DNA of 64,000 bases from Camelus dromedarius (taxonomy: Eukaryota). The stretch is taken from positions 86,430,001 to 86,494,000 of the forward strand of contig NC_087436.1 of the NCBI RefSeq assembly GCF_036321535.1, written 5' to 3'. Below the pieces are notes generated by a model. That model saw only the letters and a list, made by a program, of their open reading frames with translations. It was not told where the DNA came from and searched no databases. The translations under genes were made by a program, and so were the position numbers. Below are positions 1-13,039 of this stretch, piece after piece. Each line of letters opens with the position of its first letter. Positions within the stretch are counted from its first letter, which is position 1.

Positions 1-429
1 GATTCGACTTGTATTTCTGAAAGGTCATTCCATGACTGTGCTTGAAGTTCTGAGCATTGCTAATTCACCACAGTAAATAATGGAGATATGACTAAAGAGA
101 CTTAGGAGTGTGGCCAGCTTCTCTTCCCATTTTCTCTGTTCCTCTGCTTGGAGCAGACAGTGTCACTTCTGAACACTTGTGTCATCTGTTGACATACTGG
201 GATCTTCGTTTACTTTAGCTTAGCAAAACTGGAGCAGTAGACTTTTAAAAAGCAAAATATTTATTACCAACCTATACAATAGTTATGATAGTTAATGCAT
301 TAATATATTACTTCATTAGCACAATTCCAGAGGAATGTACATCCTAGCAATGTTTTGGAGATAGTTCTGGTTTATCTGGTAGTCCCTTAAAGCATACATG
401 GTACTTATGATTTGGTTTTTAGCTTTTAA

Positions 430-460
430 AATAAATCAGTGTTATTTGTCATTGGGTGTG
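430..460 (+). terminator. Candidate polyadenylation signal/cleavage site of an upstream + strand transcript
   Basis: AATAAA at 430-435, CA at 450-451, GT-rich TTGGGTGTGG just downstream, TGTA at 336-339; first ~530 bp repeat-free and AT-rich like a 3'UTR. Confidence 0.35.
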
Positions 461-759
461 GAGGTGGCAGCTGGAGACAGAACCTCAGATTAACTTGAAG
501 TGTTGACACAGTGTTATCACAGAGCCAAGACTTATGGCCCTAGAAGAGACATTTAGAGATTCTTTTTTTTCCAAAAACCTTTTTACAATGAGAAAAGTGA
601 CCCCACGCAGATAAAGCCACTAGCCCAAGGATTTGAAAGTGGCTAGTGGAGGTAGGGCTACAACCAAGACTCCAGGGTCACCTCCTTTTACACTTGGCTT
701 TACTGCCAAGGTGTCTAGAGCTAATAAGAAGTTGCCACTTTTAGAAATATTGCTCAGAT

Positions 760-1310
760 GATGAAAATCTCATCTCACACAAATGTAAGCAAAAAGAGAG
801 TTTATTGGCTCAGGAAGCAGTTTAGGAGAGATTCCAGTTTCAGGCATGGGTCGGTCTAGGGACTTACTGTAGGAGTCAGGACTCAGCCACTTTCTATTTC
901 TTGAATCTGCCTTCCTGCAAGTAGGTTTCATTCAGACCGGCTCCTCCCATAGTGGGATAAGGAGGAGACCAAAGTCCAGGCTCACAACCTGTCAGCATCC
1001 CTAGTGAGAAGAACTTACCTCTTTCCTAATAATAAAGAAAAGTCTAGGAATCGAATCTTAATGGTCTAGCTTTGGTCGTGTGCCCATCCATGAACCAATC
1101 ACCGTAGCCAAGGGGAATGAAATGCTCTGATTGGCTAGGTCCAACTCCTATCTCTGTAGTGTCAGAGGGTGGTCTTAGTACCTCCATCCTCAAATTACAG
1201 ATTTGGAGAGGGAGGGCAGTAAGATTCCTTGAAGAAAATCAAAGTTCCATCAACCCAAGAAGAGAGAGTGGGTGCTGGGCAGGCACAAAACTAAGATGTA
1301 TTCTAGACGC
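760..1310 (-). mobile_element. Old MaLR LTR (MLT1K/L-like)
   Basis: Typical old-MLT1 motifs: tttattggctca, ttcaggcatgg, gtcgtgtgcccatccatgaaccaatcac, atgctctgattggctagg, ttccttgaagaaaatc. Confidence 0.6.
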
Positions 1311-1734
1311 TGAGACGTGTGTTGAGTAACAGAGTGGATTTCTAGATAACATTGGTGAGGTTTTCCTGTTGGCTATTACCCTGTTGTAGGAAATAATCCC
1401 CTTTGGACAAAATGAATTTCTCCTGTGCAAAAGCACATGTACCCCTATGGAATTCAGAGAAGCTAGTTGTTTCATGCTCTGTGATAAATTAGCAGAAGCA
1501 AACCAACTCTAGTAAGCAAAAATATATAGGATTTTATTCCACTGTAACTTAAGTCTCACTGCTTCTATTCACTGCCTCTGCTCTTTTTGTTCAAAAATGC
1601 ATAAAGAATAGCCATGGAGGTTTGATGAAGCATTGTCTAAAAGCCACTATCTTCCCTCAGAGAGCAGAGATGAATGGAAAATTTTGTAAGCATGATTCTA
1701 AGGCAGAAACCTTTTTTTTTTTAATCTGAAAAAA

Positions 1735-2340
1735 ATTTTTTTTTATTATATGGCAAAAATCTTAAAGAAATATATAACTTGTATTAAAAGCTGATAAAGA
1801 ATATCTTTTACAAGTAAAGGGCTCTTATGAAGAAAAAGAGGAATACTGTAATAGAAAAAAATGGAGTAAGGGCATGAATACTAAGTTAACATAAAGAAAA
1901 TGAATGGACAATACATATATGAAAAATAATTGATCTCACAGGTAATTAAAGAATGCAAAGTAAAACAACAGTGAGACACCACTTGTACATGATCTGATTA
2001 GCAGAAGAAAAGATTGACATTACTCAGATTTAGCCATGGTAGGATAGATGGGGTGAAGACTGATAAAACAGGAGTGGAAGGTGAGTGCTGGGAAGGTTGC
2101 AGTTTGGAAACAGCCATTCTAAGAAGCCCCACAACATGCACAGCTTTGACTTGACACTTCTAGGAATTTATCCTAAGGAAATAAGGAATTTGCACAAAGA
2201 TTTAGCTATTGGTTGTTTAGAATAATAAAATACTGGAAACAAGCAGGCTGTCCAAAACAGGGGAATTAAACATACTATGACTTACTCATTGTATGTATTG
2301 TTAAGTGGGAGAAACAAGTAAAATACTAAAAAAAAAAAAA
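1735..2340 (+). mobile_element. Old L1 fragment (L1ME-like ORF2 3' region)
   Basis: gaatgcaaagtaaaacaacagtgagacaccac, cacttctaggaatttatcctaaggaaataa, actggaaacaa; A-rich strand, ends in a poly-A run. Confidence 0.65.
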
Positions 2341-5029
2341 AAAGTTAGTGTTATCTCCCATTTGGTTTTGACTGAGGAATGTTGAACTGCCTCAGTTAAC
2401 AGGGACCGGTCTGTAAGGATGCCCCTCCCTGCTGGGTGAGGTACAGCTGCTTCTGCCTCCTTTCTGGGCGGTCCCTACAAATCTCTCAGGAAGACAAAAC
2501 TGAAAGACCCATCTGCTTTGTTCAGAGAGGCTTCAGATTTCATGGCCAGTGTCTGTGCCCGGCTCCCCTGGGTTTGGAAGAGCCCCCAAAACAGTGATCA
2601 TCAAGCTTGGCCACCACAAGGGGCTTTAGATCTTTATGCCTCGAAAGTGATTCCGTGGCTTAGTGGAGGCTGGCTCCGGATGCCCACAGGAAAGAGGAAA
2701 AGGGGCTTTTCACAGACAGTAAGGCCAATCTTCCTTTTATTTCAGAAATATAGTGTTTCTTGAATTCCCCCCTGCGGTTGCACACAGATATTTGTCAGTT
2801 TTTAAGAGAGAAAAGCAAAAATGAAAGGAAAGACACAGGGAATTCAAGTCAGCTCAATTTGTCTCTAGATCCTATCTTGTGTATGTTTTAAGTCTGCAGC
2901 TTCATATCTCCTTCTGGATTCTAAAACCCCTTGATAAGATTCCCTTTTGGTATCTCTATGCTTTTCAGGGAAAGAGGCTCAGAGCTGGTCAGAGCCTTTC
3001 ATCTCTGATAAAGCCATGTGTTTATTTAGATTCGGTCATATTGAATCCATTTCAGCAATTACATACTACACCCCCTGTCCCCTGAACAATTGATGCTCCC
3101 TTTGACCCTCCCCTTAGGCTGATTCCTGGACTTCCAAGGAATTTAAGAGATGTGAATTAGCGCTCTGAGATGGAATAACAGACAGACATATTTCTAAGGT
3201 CCAGGAGTATACAGAACTGACATTATTTCCGATGTTGCTGTCCTTCCCAGCTCCTCAATCTAACCTCAGCTCATCTCATTTGGTTTTGTTTCACTTTTGA
3301 ACGTAGCCCCTTCATTGTTCTGATCATGCCTCATCTGGATGGAATCGCAGGGTATCCTCTCCCACCTGATGGATAATTTCCTGCACTGAGCGTTGCAAGA
3401 CAATCTGGTGAACACTCCTTCCTCCTGCCCAGCCAAAACGTTTCATAATTCTTCAGTCCTTCACAGGGGATCCAACTCAGAAGCTGCAGTGACTCAGATG
3501 AGCATGAATGTTTCCTTTGGTCTTATCTTTTTTTTTTTTTCTTTTAGTTTAGTTTCTTAGTTACTTTGTCTGGGACTATTGGGTCTTATGGGTTGAATTC
3601 TGCTTCAGAAATCAGGGAACTATGTCTTCATGACCATTCACTTCACTCATGTCTTTATAAGTGACTCCAAAAAGGTCACGGAGAGTCAATATACCTTCTT
3701 TCCCATCTGTTTATAATAAGACCTCAGAGAGCCCCATCGGGCTGGATGAACCTAGTTTATGGAGTGTTTAGAAATTCCTGAAGGACACTCGTGCCCCCAA
3801 AGCCTTTTTCCTAGTTAGCAGACCTGGAGCTGGGATAGCAGATAGTCTACATAATGGGGTAATTAGGTCCTCTTATAGCTCTAAAAGTCAGTTTTGTAAT
3901 GGAGTTGTCACCCCGCTCCCAGCTTCTCTGCCTAGGTTCCTCATATGGATAATGCCCTTAATAATAAATAAATAGTGTTTTCCCTTCCCTTAGAAAAAAA
4001 TGGACACATTTTAGAGGAAGGGAAAAGAGACATCCAAACTCTAGGAATTTCTAAGGGTGACATATCTTCTTTTTCGTGATTGTGGCGATGGTTTCAAAAC
4101 TTACCAAAGTTGACACTCGAAATGGGTTCAGCTTATTATATGTCAGTTACGCCTCCATAGAGCTATTAAAACAAGAACACTGTATCCAACCTTCCCCGCT
4201 TCCAGTGCTGAGTTTTTTGCACTGCCTTGCATTGTTACCAAGAAATAGGTGTTTAAGTTGAAAACACAAAACCAAAAAAACGAAAACAAAAACAAAACTC
4301 CATAAGGAAATAATGTTGGCTCAGGCAAAACTTTCTGAAGTGTCACATTTTGCCCAACTCTTTTGCCCACCTTCAGAATCTAAGAGAACTTAAAATAAGA
4401 TTCTGTTTCTGGGCAAAGAGATTTAAAAATAACTTGCCATCAGAAAGAAGGCAAAGTGATGAAGTTCCACCAAAAATTACTGAAGACAAAGCTACATACA
4501 GGAGACAGCTGAGAATCCACTCTCAAACAGCCTTTCACGTTTTTAGCCTCAGCTCAGTCACCACCTTAATTGTTATCATATGGTTAACTTCTCACCAGCT
4601 CTCTCAGCCTGTGACTTAGACAATCTATATCGGTCATTTTTAAGGCTAACATCTTCAACAAGCCTCCACGGATTGGAACAGGAAGCAGGAAAAGGGAAGA
4701 GTCAACGATCACTTAAAGGGTGAGAAATTGCCTTTTCTCTTTCACTAGTAAAAATAGAGTAATTTTGCTAATTTACATTAAAGCTGTTTGTAGATGGGGA
4801 ACAGACCAAAGGGGCTCTTGTAGTGACTGCATATTCAAGAGTAACGCTGGATTCCTTTCACCTGAAAGGAATCAACAGCGGGGCTCTGCTCTCACCCGGG
4901 TCTTGGTTCTCTTGCTCTGTGGTCGGGGCCCATGAGCGAGCGGGGTTGGGGGTTGTAAAGCAAGGGCATTTCCCACCCGATGATGGCCAGGCTGGTTTGT
5001 TGGCAGTATGCTGGTGCTCTATACCTGTT

Positions 5030-5340
5030 ATTCTTACCTAAACCTGACACTTTGAAATAGGTATGCCATTTGCATTTTACAGAGAAGCAATCTGAAGCAG
5101 AGAGATGGGGGCAGCTGCCCAAGGTCACATAATCCAAATACTAATGTGAATACTAACACTAAAAACAGCAAACACCTGGATAGCATTTAACGAGCCAGGC
5201 AGGGACTATACCAAGTACTTTACAGGTATTAACACGTTTGTCCTCCCGATGACCCTGTGAGGTATGGAGTGCTGTTATTCCCACTAAAGACAAAAAAAAA
5301 AAAAAAAAAAAGAATGGACCTCATCCAAAGTCACACATTT
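5030..5340 (-). mobile_element. MIR fragments
   Basis: cattttacagagaagcaatctgaagcagaga...gcccaaggtcaca; gtactttacaggtattaac...ccctgtgaggta. Confidence 0.6.
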
Positions 5341-5699
5341 GATAAGCAATAGCGTCTGTGCTTCACTGAACACAACTGTGTGTCTTTCTGGTGTATTGTG
5401 GGCAGTCAGGAGATGTCTGTGTGCGTAGGTACGTGACTTTTTGGTGTGTATCATTGGGACAGTAGGTTCTGAAACGTAATAAAGTTATTCTTTCTATTTC
5501 TAACCCAAATCCCCTTTTTAGTCCAAATGATTAAAGTTAGATTGGAGTTGACCCTGGCTGTGGTTCCTGCTCGGCCAGGGTCACAGAATGGCCCATGTGA
5601 CACTAGCCAGTTTCCACATACGGCTCCCGACCCGCTGTGGGGAACCACACCCCTTCCCTCCCCAGGAGGTTCTAGAAGGGCCTTCGATCACAGCACTCA

Positions 5700-6150
5700 C
5701 CCACTGACCACAGCAGGGAGCATGGGTTCTGTACCTGGCCAATCATACCTCTCCGTGGCCACAGGAACGGACCCAGTGTAGGCATTTGGCCAAACAAGAA
5801 CCAGTCAGGGTCCTTCCCTGGATTGTATATTTATGTGATCAGACAGAAGACCTCTCTGTTTCCTCTGGAAAATTTCTGTCAGGAATGATTATGCTTGAAG
5901 CTGTATGAGGCCATGTTCCTCTTTGTGGCAAGGGTTCAGCCACGATGGGGGAACTGAGGCCCAAGTACCAAGAAAAGCAGAGACCAGCAATGGGGGCAGA
6001 GAGGAGGAGAGGGAGATAGGATGTCATTTGCATCTTAAAGGTCTCTTGGGCCCTCTTGTCTTCTGCATTTCCTACTTATGGGAACCAACCTCCTTCATTA
6101 TTTAAGGTGGTTTTATTAGTTTCCTTCACTTGGTATTGTAAAAGCACCGA
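5700..6150 (+). mobile_element. Old MLT1-type LTR remnant
   Basis: ggccaaacaagaaccagtcagggtccttccctgga; ggccatgtt; terminal tttattagtttccttcacttg. Confidence 0.45.
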
Positions 6151-6799
6151 CACATGCAGGATACATTCTTCCTTTTTCTTAAATATTAAAATCATATCTA
6201 CTCCAAATTTATTTTAATAGTTATAAGCATTATACCTATCATATTATGAGGGGAAGTAATTACGAGTCTTTAAAAATTAATATTATTCTATACATTTTTA
6301 GGTAAGTCCTACTTTGGCATTGTATCATTAGAGAGGACAGTAGGATCAAAAGATCAATATTACTGTCTCTATCATAATCAGAGCAGAATCAAAAGAGCAG
6401 AGGCATGTTTCTGGTACAACGAGTGAAATCTACTGGCCCTTAGAATCAAAATAAACTCTGTTGAAGATGATTCCCTTGGGCAACATGAAAGAGTAACCTG
6501 GGTCAGTAAAAACTGGGGCAATGGTCTAGAATTTCCCTTTAAGCTGGAATGTATTGGAGAGTTTTTCTGCAAAATCTATTCCAATTGAATAGATTTCAAA
6601 GACTAGGAACTCCAGGCCAGAGAAGTTTCCAAAGAAAGAGTCATTTTTGCCCCCAAATACTTCCTCTGGTCCCTAAACACCTGAGAGTCCCCCTGTAGGG
6701 GGCCATCCTTTGGATTAAACATTTCCCCTTTCTCTGGGTTTCCTTGGAAAAAAACTTCTTTGCCGGGTAGTATTACATCACTTTCGTCTTAAAACAGTA

Positions 6800-7045
6800 A
6801 TTATGTAGTAGTTCAGTGCATGGATTTAAGCCAGACAGCTTGGGGTCGCATCCTGGTTGCATGATTTACTAGCGATGGGAGTTTCTCTCTCTCTTTACCA
6901 CCCCAACCTGTACCCTATTTTCCTCTTCTGCAAAATGGAGATAATAATAAAATCTCCCTGGAGGGTTGTGGTGGGATCAAGGAAGATGACACACATAAAG
7001 CTCTTAGCTAGTACCTGGCACATGATACGTGTTCCATAAATGTCA
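6800..7045 (+). mobile_element. MIR SINE
   Basis: MIR core tttcctcttctgcaaaatggagataataataa, gagggttgtggtgggatcaa, tacctggcacatgatacgtgttccataaatgt. Confidence 0.8.
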
Positions 7046-7749
7046 GTGTTCTCCTGAGGATGAGCCATCCTGACTGTGTGCAGAGGGTACTGAGAAGCCA
7101 GCCAGGAGCCCTGATGCTAAGCCTACGCCTTCAAACACTGACTGTGTGCCCTTGGCCAAGTGCACCTTGATTTTCCTCACCCGAGAAATGGCAACACTAA
7201 TGTCCCTTCTGCCAAGTCCCCAGTGGTGACAAACCTGAAACGGGTGTTTTGAGGCCAAAATGAGGTAATAGAAATGAAAGAGGTTTGGGAAGAGTAAGTG
7301 GACTTTATAAATCATTGGTACTCTTGGGGTGGGGTGAGGATAGTTTATTCATTCAGCTAATATTTACCAAAGGGTCTACCAGGTGCAAGGACCAAAATAC
7401 AGTTTTATCTACAAGCAGGTGGTAAATCTTTCTCTGTGATGGAAGAAATTCAGAAAAGAGCATAAAAGCCAGATAAAATTGGAGAAACTAGAAGAAATGG
7501 GAGATGAGGGAAAGACCAACCTTAGCTTCTCCACATTTTTGCAACAGGCTGACTCCACCAGGTTTTGCTGAACCTTCCTCAGTGTGACTCAGAGCTGCGT
7601 TGACGTTGCCTGTTCTTCAAGCCAGTCCCAGAGTTAAGTTGGGCACATATTTCTAAACAGCTTGGAAGAGAAGCCGCTTCCACACATCGTGACCATAACT
7701 CTGAATTAATGCAAGTTGCTCTCCAAGGAGCAGAACATATAGGTACAGA

Positions 7750-8045
7750 TATGTTAGTACAATACACGTAACATTTACCACCGTGACCATCGTTAGTGTA
7801 TAGTTCAGTGGTATGAAGTACATTCATAATGTTGTGCAACCATCACCACCATCCGTCTTCAGAACTCTCTTCGTTTGGTAGAACTGAAACGCTACCTATT
7901 GAACAATATTCCCCATTTCCCTGCACCCCCAGCCCCACTGGCAACCCCTCGTCTACTTTCTGACTCTGTGGTTTTGGACTATTCTCTGTAGGTCATGTAA
8001 GTGGACTCACAGAATATCTGTCTTGTTACTGGATTACTTCACACA
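7750..8045 (-). mobile_element. L1MB-type 3' end fragment
   Basis: gttcagtggtatgaagtacattcataatgttgtgcaaccatcaccaccatc; ccccagccccactggcaacc...tctactttctgactctgtg. Confidence 0.8.
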
Positions 8046-8984
8046 GAGCTTTTCTGGAAAAGGTCTGAGAGAATTGTCCCTGAGAACATGGGACATGGCC
8101 CCATTCTTTTCCTTTCCTTGCTGGCCCCTTGGTTTCTGACAAGTTCTCCCTCTAGGCTTCAGTAAAAGAGGATCAGGAGTTGCTCTGTGTGGCTTACGGC
8201 TTCTCATCCAAGTGGCAGTGTCTGGTTCCTCGAATTTCACCTTTTTTGGCTGCTCTCCGTTTTTTCTTTCACTTTCCACGTAAACAAGGACTCGGGGGAT
8301 GGGGTGGGTGGTGTGTGAGCTGCAGCCCCTTGGACCCTTTCGTCCAAGGAGTTTAATGGAGGCTTCTGAAGTCTGTAAAGCAAAGTGAGAAGCAACAGCT
8401 GCTCGTTCACCCTGGGCCTCCATTAATAATGAAATGTGCATTTGTCGTAAAGGTAAACACACTGAAATGGGAACGTTACAGAGAGGCCCTGAGAGGGGCT
8501 TATCAGCCGGGGAGGGGGGGGGGGGAGAGGCCCAGGGTACAGATCGCCAGCGGTCAGGGCCATCAGACCAAGGCATGATGCCACAGTTGCCTTAGGAACA
8601 GGTCTCTGCACCCACCCAGGTCTGTGGGTCCTCATCTGCTCCATCTGGGCTCCAGAAACACGCTCTCAGCCCAGCAAAGCCCACCTCCTTTGTACGGCTG
8701 ACTTTCCTAAAAGCACACATTCCAGAATTTACACTGCCAAGTGAAGGCTGCCCTCTCAAGTCATCACGCCACGGGGTGTCGTCTTGTTCCCCAGGGCCAC
8801 CTGGCATGCTGCTTCGTGCAGGCCTACAAGCAAAGACAGAGTCCTGTGAACTTTCTCTATGGCGGCAAGTCAAATTTCAGCTGGGATTTGGAAACAGATG
8901 TTGCAATCAGATAAAGATCCACACAGTAATGTTACTTGGGGTGGAAAAGCAAGGCCTGAGTTTGTATGAAATGATAGCTGGTGT

Positions 8985-9230
8985 TTACTGAGGCAGGCCA
9001 AGTACTATTCTAAGTGTTCTGGATAGAACACGCTATTCAATTCTCAGAATAACCAAGAAACCCCATAGCTTGAGCTGTATCATCTCAGTTTGACAGAGCA
9101 GGAAACTGAGGCACAGAGAAGCTAAGGAACATGCCCTGTGCTACTTAGCCACTGAGTGGCGGAGGTGGAGCCTAGGTCTGTGCCGTCTGAGGCTGGAAGC
9201 TTCGCACTAAACCATTAACTATACTGGCTT
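8985..9230 (-). mobile_element. MIR SINE
   Basis: cagtttgacagagcaggaaactgaggcacagagaagctaaggaacatgccc. Confidence 0.8.
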
Positions 9231-9559
9231 CCTGATTTTCTTGAATAAATTCTTTACTGGAATTGCTGAATTGAGAGGTTGCCGAAGGGACTTCTGACTC
9301 ATCCCTTACTCTTCCCCAGGCCCTCAAGGCCTGTAGTTTCTCTATCAGAGTAACTCATCTGGCATTTTGTTTGGACAGAAGTTCCTGTTAAAACGCACAG
9401 ACATTGCTTTGCAGAGTATTTAGATGTGTGTAACAAGTTAAAAAGACTCAGAGAGCAAGGAGCTATAAACGTGGAAAACAGGGCATTGCATTTTGATGGG
9501 ACAAGAAGCAGTAGGAGATTCTAATCCTAGACTTCCATGGGATGATAGTAGTCTGAGTA

Positions 9560-9900
9560 TCCCATCCACCCACCCATCCATCTGTCCATCCATCCATCCC
9601 TCTCTTCCTCCCTCCATCCATTTAACAAATACTTACTGAAGGTGTGTGATGTTCTAGGCTTCATGCCAAAAGCTGGGATACAATGTTGAGCAAAAACAGA
9701 CCCAGCCCCTCTGAGAGTTTAGAGTCTGGAAGGGGAGAAGCAAAATTTGAATTGTGATAAGATCTGGGAAAGAGAAGTACAAGGTGCTATGAGGACAGAT
9801 AACAGGGGACTGGAATAGAATGACCTGAGGGCACTGGGTGTTTGGAAGGAGGCAGAAAGAGATGGTAAAAGAGAGGCAGGGAGGGGGCTCCATATGGCGG
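9560..9900 (-). mobile_element. L2 3' end with (ATCC)n tail microsatellite
   Basis: (catc)n at ~9561-9620 then catttaacaaatacttactga...tgttctaggc...ctgggatacaatg...agagtctgg. Confidence 0.7.
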
Positions 9901-10577
9901 ATGGCGCTGAATGAGCGACAAAATTCAGCACGGTCCCCAAGTTACCTCTCCTTCAGTGTTTGGTGATGGACAAGTACATATGTGTGCAAACTTCTTGAGC
10001 CTCATGAAGGAAGTCATTATGGCCATCCAGTGTGCAGTTATTTAGAGAGGATGAAATAAGGACTTTAAACATGCACTCAGCCTTGACTCTTTTGCTCCCT
10101 AACTTTACTGCTCTGTCACCTTAACAGCCTTGACTTTAGTTGCCTTGTGGATAAAATGGTAAGGTCAGACAGACATTGTCTCTAAGCTTCCTTGAGAGTC
10201 TGCGTGTGGCTGAGGGAGGAGCCAGGAGGGCTACCACCAGTGTCGTCTCTGGTTTTCCTGATGTCGCTGTGGAACCTGAGAGCATTGTAAGGCAGCATAA
10301 TGGCCAAGACATTCGTACACGGGAGCCCAAGATAGGGAGGTGGTGGGAGAGCAGAGAGGGGTTTCTTCCCTCTGCTCTTGGAGGGAGGAAGATCAGGCCA
10401 AAAATCTCAATACTTTATATGCTATAATCTGAAAGCTAGGCTCATTTAACAGGGACCAAACCAATTCATTTTTGAAACATCCCAGAAGACAGGGTTTGCC
10501 TAGCAAATTCATAATATAAGGAAGAGTACAGTCTGAACTCCTGCTAAGAGTGTATGTTTCAAATAGTCATTCATTTA

Positions 10578-10860
10578 TTAATAATGTTAATAATAATAAT
10601 AATAATAAGTAACATCCATTGAGTATTCACCATGTGCTAATGGCTTCACATTCACGCTCTTATTTCCTCCTCCTATGAACTGTAAGAAATAGACACTGTG
10701 CTGTTATCATCCTCATTTTACAGATAAGGAAACAGAGGTCTGCAGATGTCACATGACTTGCCCAGGGTCTTAACTCTGTAAGTGGTACAACCAAGGTTGG
10801 ACTTGAGATCTGACTGATCCCAAAGCCCAGGCTTTTCAACACTACTCCCAACTGCCTCTG
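10578..10860 (-). mobile_element. MIR SINE with (TAA)n tail
   Basis: cctcattttacagataaggaaacagaggtc...gacttgcccagggtc...ctgactgatcccaaagccc. Confidence 0.8.
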
Positions 10861-12299
10861 TGGTGAAAGATGTTGACACCAGATATTTACCAACCTGTTA
10901 CTCATTTATTAAGAAAGGTAGGTCTCTAAGAACAGTGAGCCCAGTGGTGCTAGATTTTACAGGTGAATAAAATTTTTGAAATATTTGGGAGTTTGACCAA
11001 AGGAGTGGTCATGTTTTTGCTGTGCTAAATAAACAAGTTCTTTTTCTTTTCTTTTTTTTTTTAATTAATTTATTTTTTAAGTTCTTTTTCTTTTAGAAAA
11101 CCTATTTCACCATCATTTCTTGAAAGAAAGAATAACTTAAAAATCAAAACGTTAGGAACTAAATAACCTCAGAATTTGAAAGCTGAATAAATTTAATCCC
11201 ATGAACATTTGCACAGTTCTTGCTTTTCTAATTCTGCTTCAAACCAATGAAAACAGTGCCCCAAACTGCTGACCAGTGCAAGAACTAATATTGAATGTTT
11301 CTATCCATTGGCCTTTTATTAGCAGCATTTTGATTTTGAATATAGCTTGGGAAAAAAATAGGATGGTATTTCTTAGAAACTTTTATAACTCAGACTTCCC
11401 ACTAACTTCATCTGGTTTCTGTCCTCCCCCACCATGCAATTAGTCTGAATATTTGAGGTTTTCCTATTGTCTCCAGTAAGGTTCTCGGAGACAAGGTCAA
11501 ATTAAGGGCAAGTCTCACAGGTCAGAGTATTCTGTTTTGAGCCATATGAATGTGTCTTTAAATAATTTTTTAAAAAAAATCACTGTGTTACTGAAGTTGT
11601 TGTGTTCAAACTAAATGAGTGAGTGGGTTTGGAGTCAAAACAAAAGACCATATTTTAAAGATGACCAGTGACTTAAAAATAATAATCCATCACAGTGCAA
11701 ATAGACAAAGAGAATTCACTTCAGCCATCAGGAAGGCATGGCTCTGATCAGTGTTTGGGTGGGTCTGATTTGTTTGGGGCCCGTGACCTCCCCCTGCTCT
11801 GGTATTTTTTCAGATTTTTTTTGACCCTTCAGCATTACACAGTTCTTCTTAGTTTATGAGTCGCAGGTTATCTTGAGGGCAAGCTCTCCTTTTCCAGGGG
11901 TGTCCATGAAAATTTAACCTGTAAGCTGTGTGCCATCATCTTACTTCATTGTTCATTTCTTTGACACTTTGGGGACCATCTGTTGAAACTGTGTGAAACA
12001 TCTGAACGTCTTCTTTTTAAAAGAAAGCAAAGCACACTGAGAGGAAATACTACCTCGGTGAAATTTTTTAACATTGAAAATAAAATGCTGCACTGGATAC
12101 ACTTATAAGATCGATGAAAGTTATCACCAGTCTTAAACCCAAGTCTTCATATCTTCAAGTCACCCAGATAATTCAGATAATTTAGACAGTGTAGACCATC
12201 ATTTCAAATACTTCAGGATTTTGACCTTTCAGTTTTCAAGTGATTCAAAGACAAATAAAAATAAGAGTTTTGAGATTCTTAGTAAAAAATTTCCCATCA

Positions 12300-12435
12300 G
12301 TATAGCCTCGTGGCTATGGGCTTCTGGAAACAGACATATCTGAATCTCCATATGGGTTCTACCACTTACTTTTATTTGACTTTGGGCAACTTAACCTCTT
12401 AAGTCTCAGTTTCCACATTTATAAAAAAGGGATGA
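12300..12435 (+). mobile_element. MIR SINE 5' part (interrupted by L1; remainder ~12985-13040)
   Basis: accacttact...gactttgggcaacttaacctcttaagtctcagtttccacatttataaaa; resumes tacatgtaaaagtcttagtgc. Confidence 0.7.
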
Positions 12436-12446
12436 AGCAAGACACT

Positions 12447-12985
12447 ATATGTTCATAGCAGCATTATTCACAGCAGCCAAAAGGTGGAAGCAGCCCAAAC
12501 ATCTGTCAAGAGCTGTTCATTCCTTAACTGCAAATAAGGGTACATGCATACATTGGACAAACAAATTGTGGTATATGCACACAGTGGAATGTTATTCAAC
12601 AATAAAAAGGAATGAAGTACTGTTACGTACTACAACATGGGTGAATCTCAAAAACATTATGTTAAGTGAAAGAAGCCTGACAACAAAGGTCACATATTGT
12701 ATGGTTCCATTATATGCATTACCCAGAATAGGCAAATCCATAGAGACAGAAAGCAGATTGGTAAGTGCCAGGAGCTTGGGGGAGGGGATAAGGTAGAATG
12801 ATAGCTTAATGGGTACAGGGTTTCCTTTGGGGTGATGAACATGTTTGGAACTAGATAAGGGTGCTGGTTGAATAATATTGTGAAGGCACTAAAATGTCAC
12901 TGAAATGTTCTTTTTAAGATGGTTAATTTCATATCATATGAATTTCACCTCAATTTTTTAAAAAGTCTTTGATAGCTGGAAAAAA
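12447..12985 (+). mobile_element. L1MB-type 3' fragment (ORF2 C-terminus and 3'UTR)
   Basis: ORF 12449-12796 [17 protein letters not shown]...WYMHTVECYSTIKRNE...TTWVNLKNIMLSE matches the L1 ORF2 C-terminus; 3'UTR ends tatgaatttcacctcaattttttaaaaa. Confidence 0.9.
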
Positions 12986-13039
12986 AAGACTACATGTAAA
13001 AGTCTTAGTGCTGTAGCTAGTGCAAATGAATGTTCAAAA

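Noticed and set aside
6689..6705. CTCF-like CCCTGTAGGGGGCC and short hairpin
   Set aside because: Mismatch in the core and no supporting context; such matches are expected by chance in 64 kb
8034..8576. 180-aa ORF on the minus strand
   Set aside because: No recognisable domain, includes a poly-Pro run from a G homopolymer and ends in an L1 fragment; consistent with chance
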